64,000 nucleotides of DNA from Bdellovibrionales bacterium (GTDB taxonomy: Bacteria; Bdellovibrionota; Bdellovibrionia; Bdellovibrionales; UBA1609): assembly GCA_965219095.1 (NCBI GenBank), contig CBDCMT010000001.1, positions 544,001 to 608,000 of the forward strand, read 5' to 3'. Each line of letters begins with the position of its first letter. Positions within the stretch are counted from its first letter, which is position 1. The notes below the pieces were generated by a model. The model did no database searches. It was not told the origin of the DNA and saw only the letters and a list, made by a program, of their open reading frames with translations. A program made the position numbers and the translations under genes. Below, in pieces: positions 29,801-38,587 of this stretch.

Positions 29801-30036
29801 AAATTAACATGACAAGGTCTTCTCAAAAGGCTAAGAAAACACAATTGCAACACATAAAAAAATACAAAACAGTTCATAAAAAAGAGGCCAAGAAAGCTGT
29901 AGAGGATTTGAAGAAAGCTGTTTTAGAGGGGAAAAATACCTTTGAAATTCTTATGAAGGTTTGTTCTGTACTCACCCTTTCGCAAATGACACAAGCTCTT
30001 TATGAAGTTGGTGGAGAGTACCGTAGGAATCTGTAG
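26821..30036 (+). CDS. icmF: fused isobutyryl-CoA mutase / MeaB-like GTPase
   Basis: N-terminal B12-binding domain (DGHD), P-loop GTGGSGKS, DRIRMN, mutase barrel (GTVQADILKEDQGQ, YHIQTSGRSL, SLHTNAYDEA). Confidence 0.93.
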   Translation: MKLKNSVRIVTATALFDGHDASINIIRRILQDGGAEIIHLGHNRSVKEVVETALQEGVQGICISSYQGGHLEYFKYIKDLLNEKGGSYVKIFGGGGSVIVYEEKKELESYGITRIFHPHENRKIGLEGMKNFILQSCDFDLNESFLSKKPKGKTKEFPHRDLGLLCSSVENQKDVKEFRKLLDSFKKEKKPPIIGVTGTGGSGKSSLVDELIQRFLNFYPKLHVAVICVDPSKKKTGGALLGDRIRMNSLKREGVYMRSLASRESSNELSQSLPLILNELKALDFDLIIAESSGIGQGGLAITKICDESLYVMTSEFGAETQLEKIEMIDHADFIVINKSDHRGSEDAVRSVKKQYRRSKKLFSSAISEFPIYLTQASQFNDLGINKLFLDLSSKLASYDTLWSHSNYNTYSLNSSKKEIIIPSERQNYLSEIVSTVRQYKKRVHKIAQKASQLGALERVKNLGLYTSDMKEKQTQLREEFHHEELKLLESYEQNLQTYKKETLVYRSRKKISQPLYLESLSGSRLPRVCYPVLQDWGERFEFLCLENVPGEFPFTSGVFHLKRLDELPLRQFAGEGTPSQTNQRFHYLSQKNTAKRLSTAFDSVTLYGQDPHENPDIYGKVGESGVSVSTLDDMKELYKNFDLCDPLTSVSMTINGPAPMILAFFMNTAIDQQVQKKHKELGRDLSLKEYEGIKAFTLNTVRGTVQADILKEDQGQNTCIFSIDFSLKMMADIQEYFVQNKVKNFYSVSISGYHIAEAGANPITQLALTLSNAFTYVEYYLSRGMRIDDFAPNLSFFFSNGMDPEYTVLGRVARRLWAISMKEKYKGNVRSQKLKYHIQTSGRSLHDQEIEFNDIRTTLEALTALSDHCNSLHTNAYDEAITTPTEESVRRAQAIQLIINKEYGYSKNENPLQGSYFIHYLTDLVEEAVLDEFLKLNERGGVLGAMERQYQRSQIQEDSLYYESLKHNGSLPVIGVNTFIDQKVLEENYEPPKINMTRSSQKAKKTQLQHIKKYKTVHKKEAKKAVEDLKKAVLEGKNTFEILMKVCSVLTLSQMTQALYEVGGEYRRNL

Positions 30037-30047
30037 TAAAAAATAAG

Positions 30048-30091
30048 TGATCTTTCCCCAAAAAACTGTCCACTTTTTTGGAGAAAGATCA
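30048..30091. mobile_element. 44-bp IS3-like IR-IR scar (hairpin) just after icmF
   Basis: TGATCTTTCCCCAAAAAA-CTGTCCAC-TTTTTTGGAGAAAGATCA; TG...CA termini. Confidence 0.65.
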
Positions 30092-30099
30092 ATCACATA

Positions 30100-30196
30100 A
30101 AATGATTCATAGTGGTAAACCTATTAACAAAGTCAAAGTAGCTTGTGCTAGAGAGATGTTGGGTTTTGTATTATGGGAGTGTTTCAATGAAGTGAC
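30100..30196 (+). pseudogene. IS110 transposase C-terminal remnant (probably family A)
   Basis: KMIHSGKPINKVKVACAREMLGFV..W matches the GK..N...VA.AREL.GF.W C-terminus of IS110 transposases. Confidence 0.65.
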
Positions 30197-30218
30197 TCAT
30201 TCGCATCATTGAAACACA

Positions 30219-30291
30219 TATAGTGAATACACTTAGATTTTCTAGTCGATTCTCTAGGGAAAAACCTGAAAACCTAAATGAAATTACTATA
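30219..30291. mobile_element. IS630-like MITE
   Basis: TATAGTGAATACACTTAGATTTTC...GAAAACCTAAATGAAATTACTATA; ends resemble the IS630 IR at 57240-57263. Confidence 0.65.
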
Positions 30292-30369
30292 CAAAGATTG
30301 TATTTTTTATTTTTAGGGTAAGGAAGTAAGTCAAAACATAAAAAAGTGCATTTAAGTCTTTTTGGAGCT

Positions 30370-30555
30370 TTTACGCTGTCCTAGATGACATACATAGCAA
30401 AGTCGTTGAAAAAAGATTAAGCGGCAAAGCTCTTTCGTGTCATCTTAATGCGTTAACCAGCATGCAGATATGAGGTTGATAGTACAGAAGACTCATTTTT
30501 GAAAAACTTTTTTGTAAATGGAGAAGTGTTTTTTCTTGATATACTTTTTGATAGA
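30370..30555 (+). mobile_element. IS110 family-A 3' non-coding region (unsplit) fused to a family-B right end
   Basis: 30392-30453 matches 57266-57328; 30451-30514 matches 58980-59044; 30508-30555 matches the reverse complement of 57328-57375. Confidence 0.8.
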
Positions 30556-31076
30556 CACTCTAAAAATTTAACAGAGTTTGATTAAAAAGACAGGATGCTA
30601 TGCGTTAAAAAAAATGTCGAATTAATTTTTGGAAATGGTATAAGAAGGGCTTTTTGAATAAACTTTGTAAATTTTTCAAGTAGATAGAAGACAGTGAGGC
30701 TTCCATGGAGGTTTTTGTTTGTTAAGAAACAACAAGTTTACACAAAGTGACTCATTGGCATGAGTAGAAATAGTGGAGTAATTTTTTAAATTTGATATTT
30801 AAGAATAAGACTGATAATTTGCTACATTATTTTCTAAAGCTTCTAACAGACTGTTTTTAAAGGGTTTTTTGTGGTCCAAAGAAAATTCATAAGAAATCCA
30901 CATTTTTTCTGTTTTTAAAAACCACTCTAAAACCTTTGTAAATGAGGAAAATTTAAATTTTTCTTGTTTTTTTCTGCTTTAATGCTATAAGTTCAAACAA
31001 AAGAGAAGGAATGAAAAAAAGCGTAGCTTGTAGAGTGGAAAAGCTTTTATTGATTCTTTCTATACGGTAGGAAAGA

Positions 31077-31754
31077 ATGATGAGTTTAAAATTCGATCTT
31101 AAAGATCCACTATTCCAAAAAGCTCTTACGCATAAAAGCTATAAAAGTACTCATAAATACTTTGGAAACAATGAGAGACTTGAGTTTCTAGGAGATGCTG
31201 TTTTAGACCTTATCCTTAGCGAGTATCTTATGGATGAACATCCTAAAGCTCAAGAAGGAACCCTTTCTCTTTGGAGGGCTAGTCTTGTCAACATAGAGAC
31301 CTTGTATGAAGTAGGAACTCAATTGGAGCTTGAAAAGAAAATTCTTTTGGGAAAAAGTGAATTAAAACTAGGTTGTTGTAAAAACAAAAGGATCATTGCT
31401 TCTACTTTAGAAGCTTTAATAGGGGCTTTTCATTTAAAGTACGGTTTAAAAAGCACAAAAAAAATTGTTATTCATCTTTTCAAATCTTATTTAGATAAGC
31501 TTTCTTATAAAGTAAAATTTGAGAAAGATTATAAAACAAGATTACAGGAGTTTTTTCAAAAAAAAATTAAACGTCCTCCTTATTACAAAATTATTGAAGA
31601 AGAAGGACCTCCTCACAAGAAGACTTTTACTGTGCAAATTTTCTTTGACAAATACATGATCTCTCAAGGGGAGGGGAAGAATAAAAAAGAAGCTTCACAA
31701 AATGCAGCCCAAAAAGCTATGGAAAAACTCCCAGAAATTGAGACACTTTTATGA
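31077..31754 (+). CDS. rnc: ribonuclease III
   Basis: ALTHKS, NERLEFLGDAVL, dsRBD DYKTRLQE..GPPH..F. Confidence 0.95.
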   Translation: MMSLKFDLKDPLFQKALTHKSYKSTHKYFGNNERLEFLGDAVLDLILSEYLMDEHPKAQEGTLSLWRASLVNIETLYEVGTQLELEKKILLGKSELKLGCCKNKRIIASTLEALIGAFHLKYGLKSTKKIVIHLFKSYLDKLSYKVKFEKDYKTRLQEFFQKKIKRPPYYKIIEEEGPPHKKTFTVQIFFDKYMISQGEGKNKKEASQNAAQKAMEKLPEIETLL

Positions 31755-32629
31755 AGACAGGTCTTATCACACTTTTAGCACAAGCTAATGCAGGAAAAAG
31801 CTCACTTGTAAACCATATTGTAGGACAAAAACTCTCTATTGTTACCAAGAAACCTCAGACTACGAGAAAAAAAATACGAGGAATTTATCTTGATTCTGAA
31901 AGACAGGTGGTTTTTATCGATCCTCCTGGAATCATCAAAGCTCATAAAGGTCTTAACAAGTTTTTACAAAAACAGTGGATAAGTGCTGTTAAAGAATGTG
32001 ATGGAATCCTAGCTCTTTTTAATATTGATGAAAAAAATATTGAATGCATAGAAGAACTCTTTCAATTAGCCTATAAAGCTAAGAAACCTTGGGCCGGAGT
32101 AATTACAAAAACAGACCTAAGTTTTTCTCACAGAATAGAGATTTTAAAAAAAAAGTTACAAGAAGAGAGCATTCCATTTTGTTTAAGCTCGATAAAAAAA
32201 TCTGAAAAAATAACTGAAGACGTTTTAAAACTCATAGACCCTTGGCTTAAAGAATCAGATTTACTTTACCACCAAGATCTTTATACAACACAAACTTTAA
32301 GGGAAATTTTTTGTGAATTTACTTTAGAAAGCTGTTTTAATTGTTTGCACCAAGAAATTCCCTACCAAGTAGCTGTCAAAGTACAAAACTTTAAAGAGTC
32401 TCCTCAAAGTCTTATAGCTCATATAAACATCATTGTTCATAAAACCGGCCACAAAGCTATTGTTCTTGGAAAAGGGGGCTCTAAAATCAAAGAAATAAGA
32501 GAAATGACTCAGAAATCCTTAGAAAAACATCTTGAGAAAAAAGTAACTTTAAAGTTCTACATTACTGCAAAACCTCATTGGTTTGATCATGAAAAAATGA
32601 TAAAGGAGTTAGGTTATGTCACAAATTAA
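31751..32629 (+). CDS. era: GTPase Era
   Basis: NAGKSSL, KPQTTR, HQEIPY, KH motif LGKGGSKIK; between rnc and der. Confidence 0.92.
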   Translation: MKTGLITLLAQANAGKSSLVNHIVGQKLSIVTKKPQTTRKKIRGIYLDSERQVVFIDPPGIIKAHKGLNKFLQKQWISAVKECDGILALFNIDEKNIECIEELFQLAYKAKKPWAGVITKTDLSFSHRIEILKKKLQEESIPFCLSSIKKSEKITEDVLKLIDPWLKESDLLYHQDLYTTQTLREIFCEFTLESCFNCLHQEIPYQVAVKVQNFKESPQSLIAHINIIVHKTGHKAIVLGKGGSKIKEIREMTQKSLEKHLEKKVTLKFYITAKPHWFDHEKMIKELGYVTN

Positions 32630-33980
32630 CACCAAGCCTCAAGTGGCTCTTATAGGGCCTCCTAATGCAGGAAAAAGCACTCTCTTTAACATCCTTATTA
32701 AAACACGAAAGTCTTTAGTTAAAGACCAGCCTGGTGTGACCAGAGATGTTCTTATAGGAGAAGCTCATTGGTGGGGACAACACTTTACAGTAGCTGATAC
32801 AGGGGGGCTTGATTTTACAAATAAAAATATTTTTGCCAAATCTATTAGAGAACAAATTACTAATCTCTTAAAAGACGTTAAAGCCTTTGTTGTAATCTAT
32901 GATGCTAAAAGAGGGTTCCATTTAGAAGATAGAGAGCTTTTAAAATTTGTAAAAAAAATTAACAAAAATATTTATCTTGTTGTGAATAAAATCGACAACT
33001 CTCATGATAGTTATAAATTGAATGACTTTTATGGATTAGGAAAAGAAATTCATGAAGCCTCTTTTGAAAATCATAAAGGAGTTCCTGAAATTATAGAATG
33101 GATTACGAACCTTCTTTATCAAAAAACAAAACACAAAAGCCTTCCTCAGAAAAAGAACTTTAGACTTGCTGTTTTAGGGAAACCTAATACAGGGAAAAGT
33201 TCTTTTTGCAATTACCTTCTAGGTTATCACCGTATGATTGTTACAGAAAAAGCAGGCACCACCATAGATCCTGTAACAGAATCTTTTTATTTTAAAGAAA
33301 AAGCCTATGAACTGATTGATACAGCAGGTCTTAGAAAAAAAGCTAAAAGAAAAGATCACATAGAGCTTCTTTCAGGACTTAAAGCTCAAAAAACCATTCA
33401 AACATGTGATCTTGTTTTATATTTTATCGATTCCCTTATTTATCCTTCAGTTCAAGATGCCAGAGTCATAGAACTCATTCAAGAAAACTATAAACCTTTT
33501 ATTGTTTTAGGAAATAAGAGCGATTTAGCTCGTCTACAAAAGGAAAATCACGCACTTGATTTCAGACGATGTGTAAAACAAATTCTTCATTTTATTGATG
33601 AAAAGAATCTTTTCACTCACCTCATAAGTGCTAAAACAGGAGAAGGTATAGAAAAACTCTTCAGAAAGATAGAAGATATTAAAGAAAAACTTTCTATAAA
33701 AATTAAAACCTCTGATGTAAACGAAGGAATTAGAGAAGTTTTTAAAAGACTCCCCAGCCCTCTCTATAGAAATAAATCCATAAATCTTTATTATGGAACC
33801 CAAACACATCAAACTCCTCCCAGCTTTCTCATCTTTAGTAATTATCCTGAAGGATTAAAAGATTCTCATAAAAGATTTCTCGTGAAGAGTTTAAAAAAAA
33901 GATGGAGCTTGCAAGGAATCCCTTTAAGACTCTTTTTTTTAAAAAATAGGGTTCAAAAAAGAAGTTTCTCTAAATTTTAA
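32616..33980 (+). CDS. der: ribosome biogenesis GTPase Der (EngA)
   Basis: Two G domains (GPPNAGKS, GKPNTGKS; DTGG, DTAG) and a KH-like C-terminus. Confidence 0.95.
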   Translation: MSQINTKPQVALIGPPNAGKSTLFNILIKTRKSLVKDQPGVTRDVLIGEAHWWGQHFTVADTGGLDFTNKNIFAKSIREQITNLLKDVKAFVVIYDAKRGFHLEDRELLKFVKKINKNIYLVVNKIDNSHDSYKLNDFYGLGKEIHEASFENHKGVPEIIEWITNLLYQKTKHKSLPQKKNFRLAVLGKPNTGKSSFCNYLLGYHRMIVTEKAGTTIDPVTESFYFKEKAYELIDTAGLRKKAKRKDHIELLSGLKAQKTIQTCDLVLYFIDSLIYPSVQDARVIELIQENYKPFIVLGNKSDLARLQKENHALDFRRCVKQILHFIDEKNLFTHLISAKTGEGIEKLFRKIEDIKEKLSIKIKTSDVNEGIREVFKRLPSPLYRNKSINLYYGTQTHQTPPSFLIFSNYPEGLKDSHKRFLVKSLKKRWSLQGIPLRLFFLKNRVQKRSFSKF

Positions 33981-34006
33981 ATTTCTCTAAAGAGAAATTT
34001 AAAATT
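33973..34006. terminator. hairpin at the der stop codon
   Basis: 16-bp perfect IR AATTTTAAATTTCTCT-AA-AGAGAAATTTAAAATT. Confidence 0.5.
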
Positions 34007-34330
34007 ACCTGACCGCTTAAATGAGTCACTATGTGAAAAAGTGGCAATTAGCTAAAATAACTTGCTTTTTTGCGATTTTTTACTGAAAATCATTGCAAGA
34101 AAAACAGCAAAAAACTTTAAGGTGTAAAAAAAATTTTCAGAAACTAAAATATTGATGCTGTAAAAGAGATTCTTCCACAAAAATGCTCCAAAGTTGATTG
34201 ATTCTCCTCCAAATTTTTATCTGGATTTTAAAAAAAACTTCTGACTTTTCATCTTACGACTAACCTATGAAAAGTTCCTTTTACATAAAAAAGTAGTTTC
34301 ATAAGATATGTCCTCAAAGTTCTTTCATGT

Positions 34331-35344
34331 TTATTCTTTCCTTTTGACTTTTTTTGTTCTCTCACAGCTTTCAAAAGCCATTCTATAAAGTTTTATCCAA
34401 TCCGTAATATTATTAGCTAAAATTACACTTTTAGCTTTCAGAAACTCCTTAAAAATCTTTGCAGAAGATAAAGTGCAGGCTTTTTGAAAAAGCTCTAAAG
34501 CTTCTTTATATTTTTTTAACTCAAAAGAACTTAAAGCAAAGCCTTTCAGTGCTTCAAAGGAATCTTTCTTGTTCTCATAAGCCTTTTTGTAGTATTTGTA
34601 AGAGAGAGAGTAATTTTTTTTCTCAAAATAAAAATCACCTAAAACCCTCTGAACAAACTCAGAGTGAGGGAATTTTTTAGATGAAACAATGTACTGTTTT
34701 TGCCTTTGATCTTCTCTGCTATTAAGAAAATACGACTCAGCCAAATAAATGTTAAGTTCTTCATCTTGAGGCCATGCTTTCAAGGCTTTTTGACAGACTT
34801 CTAATGATTCTACAGCTAACTTAATATCTAAATACACTTTGCAAAGTTTTTTAATATATATAGTTTTGTTTCCAAAACGTTTGATCATATCCAAAAGAAG
34901 TTCTTTTGTCTCATAATGGCTGTTTTGTTGAATTAGCACTTCTAAAAGAAGGTCGTAAGCTTTTTTGTCTTTAGAGTATTTGAAAATAATTCTGTTATAC
35001 GTGTGTATGACTTTATCTTTTTTATTTTGTAAGTTGTAAAGTTCAGCTTGAAAATAAAGAGCTGGCTTATAGTCTGGCTTTTTTAAAAAAAGTAAATTCA
35101 AATGGTTTTGTGCTTCTTTGTAATTCTTTGTTTTTTGAAAGCATTTAGAAAGAATAAGAAGGCCTGAAACAGGTAGAGTTTCAGAATGAGGGCTTAAAAA
35201 CTTAATGCAGGAGGAAAAATCCTGTTCCTTATAAGCCTTTAGTCCTTTCTTAGACTGCTCTAAGGAGCTTGCCTCCAAGAAAAAAGCCATCATAATGATT
35301 AAACAAATAAAGATTTTTTTCCGATAAAGGTTAAGAGATGTCAC
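34331..35344 (-). CDS. TPR-repeat exported protein
   Basis: Signal-like N-terminus; TPR-like helices (LGDFYFEKKNYSLS..YYKKAYE). Confidence 0.75.
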   Translation of the reverse strand: MTSLNLYRKKIFICLIIMMAFFLEASSLEQSKKGLKAYKEQDFSSCIKFLSPHSETLPVSGLLILSKCFQKTKNYKEAQNHLNLLFLKKPDYKPALYFQAELYNLQNKKDKVIHTYNRIIFKYSKDKKAYDLLLEVLIQQNSHYETKELLLDMIKRFGNKTIYIKKLCKVYLDIKLAVESLEVCQKALKAWPQDEELNIYLAESYFLNSREDQRQKQYIVSSKKFPHSEFVQRVLGDFYFEKKNYSLSYKYYKKAYENKKDSFEALKGFALSSFELKKYKEALELFQKACTLSSAKIFKEFLKAKSVILANNITDWIKLYRMAFESCERTKKVKRKE

Positions 35345-36171
35345 TCTTTATTATAAAACCAAATTTTAGATTTTGTCGAGAGGGGTACTATAGTAAAGGA
35401 CAGGCTCTTTTAGAAACCCTTCTTCTAGCTCTTCTTTCTGTTTTTTTTGTAGCATCTCTTATTTCTCAATTTCATACGACTTTTGATTCCTATATGGAGT
35501 CTTATTTTAAAGATTATATTGCCTGTCTTCTAGAAGTAGGAGAGTTAGCTGTAGCCTCCCCTGAGTGTAGAAAAGTTTTAGAAGAAACCTCTTTACGTAT
35601 TAGAGAAAGTGAAGAGCAGAGGAGAGAAGCTCAAAGGAAAAAAGCTCAAAAAAAAGCTCAAGAACAAAAAAACTCTTCCTCTTCTTTATCTTTTTCATCA
35701 CTACAACAAAGCCAAATAAACTCATCTCAAAATAGCTTCCTCACACCTCTTTCTCATTCTAGAAAGAGAAGCTTTTTTACGAAAGGAAGAAAGAGAAAAA
35801 AAAGAGTAAAACCTCAAAATTCTTACCTCAACCCCTCTGCTCAAGCTTCAAGGAGTATTTCTGAAGACACAAGCTCAAATACAAGAGACCTTAGTTTTTT
35901 TACACCTGAAGAAGAGTTCTATAATACAGAGGATGAAAATATTACAAACAAAACTACTAAAGCTTCTTTCGATAAAAATGTGGATTCCTCTTCTCAATTT
36001 GTCGCATTTAAAAGCACGAAAGAAAAAAAGAAAAATTTACAAAAAAAAGAAGATGATTGGGCTTTTTTAAACCTACCTAACATTCTTAAATGGGTTTTCA
36101 TTATTTTTATTATACTCGTTATTATTATATACATTGGTGGTCAGATGCAGCAAATTGCAAAATCACTCTAA
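35338..36171 (+). CDS. membrane protein with TadE/prepilin-like N-terminal motif
   Basis: KGQALLETLLLALL (GQ..hE) helix, low-complexity middle, C-terminal TM; start uncertain. Confidence 0.5.
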   Translation: MSLFIIKPNFRFCREGYYSKGQALLETLLLALLSVFFVASLISQFHTTFDSYMESYFKDYIACLLEVGELAVASPECRKVLEETSLRIRESEEQRREAQRKKAQKKAQEQKNSSSSLSFSSLQQSQINSSQNSFLTPLSHSRKRSFFTKGRKRKKRVKPQNSYLNPSAQASRSISEDTSSNTRDLSFFTPEEEFYNTEDENITNKTTKASFDKNVDSSSQFVAFKSTKEKKKNLQKKEDDWAFLNLPNILKWVFIIFIILVIIIYIGGQMQQIAKSL

Positions 36172-36283
36172 AATAAAGCTTGATTCTTTAAAAATCTTGT
36201 TCTAACAGAATATGAATTTTGAGAGTTTGAATTGATAACTTATATCTTTCTTAAAGCTCATAATTATAAAGAAGGTAAAAAAA

Positions 36284-36682
36284 ATGAGTGTATTTTATAT
36301 TCCTTTTAAAAAGAAAACTTGGTCTAGAAATGAGGCCTATGACATACTACCCCTTTTAAGGCGAATCACCTTTGAGCATAAAAAAGAATTTGAAAATATC
36401 ATAGAACGCCTTCAGATTTTGACTCATGGCGATACTAATTACAAGATCGCACAAAATTTAGAAAACCTTTGCGATACGGCAATCAGGACTTGGGAAAGGA
36501 AATTGAAAGTTTTAGGGGTAGGAACTCTCGGTCTTTGGCAGATTTTATTCGATATAAAAGACAAAGGTAGTGAAAAAATAATTTATGGTATATGGACTGT
36601 ACGTTCTGATAAAATCAAGTTTATCAAGAAATCAGGCCTAAGGGTTTCTCATAAAAAACAGGCATTTTCTAAGAGGTTTTAA
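36284..36682 (+). CDS. DUF2203-like protein
   Basis: W...EA..ILPLLRRIT, W..KL..LGV...GLW.I.FD. Confidence 0.6.
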   Translation: MSVFYIPFKKKTWSRNEAYDILPLLRRITFEHKKEFENIIERLQILTHGDTNYKIAQNLENLCDTAIRTWERKLKVLGVGTLGLWQILFDIKDKGSEKIIYGIWTVRSDKIKFIKKSGLRVSHKKQAFSKRF

Positions 36683-36727
36683 CACAAACTTTGTCAAAAT
36701 CTCTTATTTACTGTATTTTAAGTAAAG

Positions 36728-38338
36728 ATGAGAATAGCTATTGCACAGATGAAATCTGTTCTAGGAGATTTATCTCATAATGTAGAAACCATAAAATCTT
36801 TTGTTAAAAAAGGTAGGGATGATGATCTTATCATTTTTCCAGAAAGTACTTTAATAGGCTACCCTCCTCAAGATCTTTTACAAAGATTTTCTCTTCTTAA
36901 AGCCCAGAGAAAAGCTCTTAAGGTTCTATCCCAAGAGCTTTCTGAAAATCAAGCTCTTCTTTTGGGGCTTTTCACTCAAAGTTCTACAAGCTCTGACCGA
37001 AAAACTCTTAACTCAGCCACTTTTTTACAAAAAAACAAGCCACCTCAGTTCTTTTATAAAACTCTTATTCCTCATTATGGCTTGTTTGATGAGTTGCGTA
37101 ATGTAGAGCCTTGTCTTGAACCTAAAAACAATTTTTTCTGTTTAAAAGGATTTCGCTTCCAAGTTTTAATCTGTGAAGATTTATGGGGCTTTAGTGAAAG
37201 TGAAAAACATTTTTCTTATAAAAAAAATCCCCTTTACAAATTTAAGAATGAAAAAAAAGATGCTATCTTAAGTTTAAATGCTTCTCCTTTCTGTCACAAT
37301 AAACCAGAGAAGAGAAAAAAAATGGCTCAATCGATCGTATCAGAACTCAAGGCTCCTTTAATCTATGTCAACTCTGTAGGAGCACAGGATGAAATCATTT
37401 TTGACGGAAGAAGTTTTGTTATGGATAAAGAACAAAACATGGCTTTAAAGCTTAAAAGTTTTAAAGAAGATCTTAAAAGCTTTACTTTTCCTTTGGAAAA
37501 AACTAAAAAATCTCTTTCTTATAAAAGTAAAAAAGAGGACTCAAAAGATGCCCTTCTTTTAGGTTTAAAAGAATTCTTACAAAAAACAGATCAGAAAAAC
37601 GTATGTTTAGGACTCAGTGGCGGTATTGATTCGGCACTTGTAGCAAGTTTAGCCTCTGAAGCTTTAGGGTCTGATAAGGTTCACTGTATTGCTATGCCTT
37701 CTTCTTTTAATCTAAAGGAAAGTCTTACCTTAGCTAAACAGCTTGCACAAAACTTGAATGCTCATTTTTATGAATTCCCCATAACCAAACTCTATGAGGT
37801 GATGAAAGAAGATTTTGAAAAATATTTGGGAAATCTAAAAGAAAGTATCACTTTAGAGAACTTACAAGCTAGAATAAGAGGTATGATTCTTATGGCTTTT
37901 AGTAATGACAAAAAAGCTCTTCTTCTTTGCACAGCCAACAAAAGCGAACTAGCAACAGGTTATATGACCATGTACGGAGATGCTATAGGAGCGATCGCTC
38001 CTATAGGTGATCTTTTGAAGACAGAAGTTTACGATTTTTCTAAAACCCATTACTCTCATATGATTCCTAAGGAGATCATACTGAGGGCTCCATCTGCTGA
38101 ACTCAAAAAAAACCAAAGGGATCAAGACACCCTCCCTCCCTATGAGACACTTGATGGCTTTATTGAAAGTATGATTCACAAAGGGGAGTCTTATAACAAC
38201 AAAGAAGAAAAAAAGTGGCTAAAAATTATACTTAAAAATGAATTTAAAAGAAGGCAAGCTCCTCCTAGTTTACGAGTCCATGAGGTAAGTTTTAATTTAA
38301 GTTTGAAATTACCTCTTCAACCAAAATTCTGGTTTTGA
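36728..38338 (+). CDS. nadE: glutamine-dependent NAD+ synthetase
   Basis: Nitrilase domain with E-K-C triad (FPE, YKT, ICEDLW); SGGIDS, ENLQARIR, NKSE, APSAEL. Confidence 0.93.
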   Translation: MRIAIAQMKSVLGDLSHNVETIKSFVKKGRDDDLIIFPESTLIGYPPQDLLQRFSLLKAQRKALKVLSQELSENQALLLGLFTQSSTSSDRKTLNSATFLQKNKPPQFFYKTLIPHYGLFDELRNVEPCLEPKNNFFCLKGFRFQVLICEDLWGFSESEKHFSYKKNPLYKFKNEKKDAILSLNASPFCHNKPEKRKKMAQSIVSELKAPLIYVNSVGAQDEIIFDGRSFVMDKEQNMALKLKSFKEDLKSFTFPLEKTKKSLSYKSKKEDSKDALLLGLKEFLQKTDQKNVCLGLSGGIDSALVASLASEALGSDKVHCIAMPSSFNLKESLTLAKQLAQNLNAHFYEFPITKLYEVMKEDFEKYLGNLKESITLENLQARIRGMILMAFSNDKKALLLCTANKSELATGYMTMYGDAIGAIAPIGDLLKTEVYDFSKTHYSHMIPKEIILRAPSAELKKNQRDQDTLPPYETLDGFIESMIHKGESYNNKEEKKWLKIILKNEFKRRQAPPSLRVHEVSFNLSLKLPLQPKFWF

Positions 38339-38489
38339 TTTTTTTCAAGACTTCTTTTTCTAAAAAAGACCCCTTGGTTTTTGAACCACTCTTGATTTAA
38401 GCCTGCTATGAACAGATTTGCTATTGAATATGAGGGGAGGTTTGATTAGGAAGAACTGTAACTCGGTTTTTTAACCTCCCTTAACTTAT

Positions 38490-38537
38490 CCTCCTCAAAA
38501 GAACCTCCGGGAACCCACAGATTATTTTGAGGAGGCC
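38490..38537. mobile_element. ISL3-derived palindromic mini-element, second copy
   Basis: CCTCCTCAAAAGAACCTCCGGGAACCCACAGATTATTTTGAGGAGGCC; one mismatch to 23557-23604. Confidence 0.85.
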
Positions 38538-38587
38538 ATTTTATGAAGGCTTCATTAACTTGATTCTGGTATGAGCATAAGAGTAAC

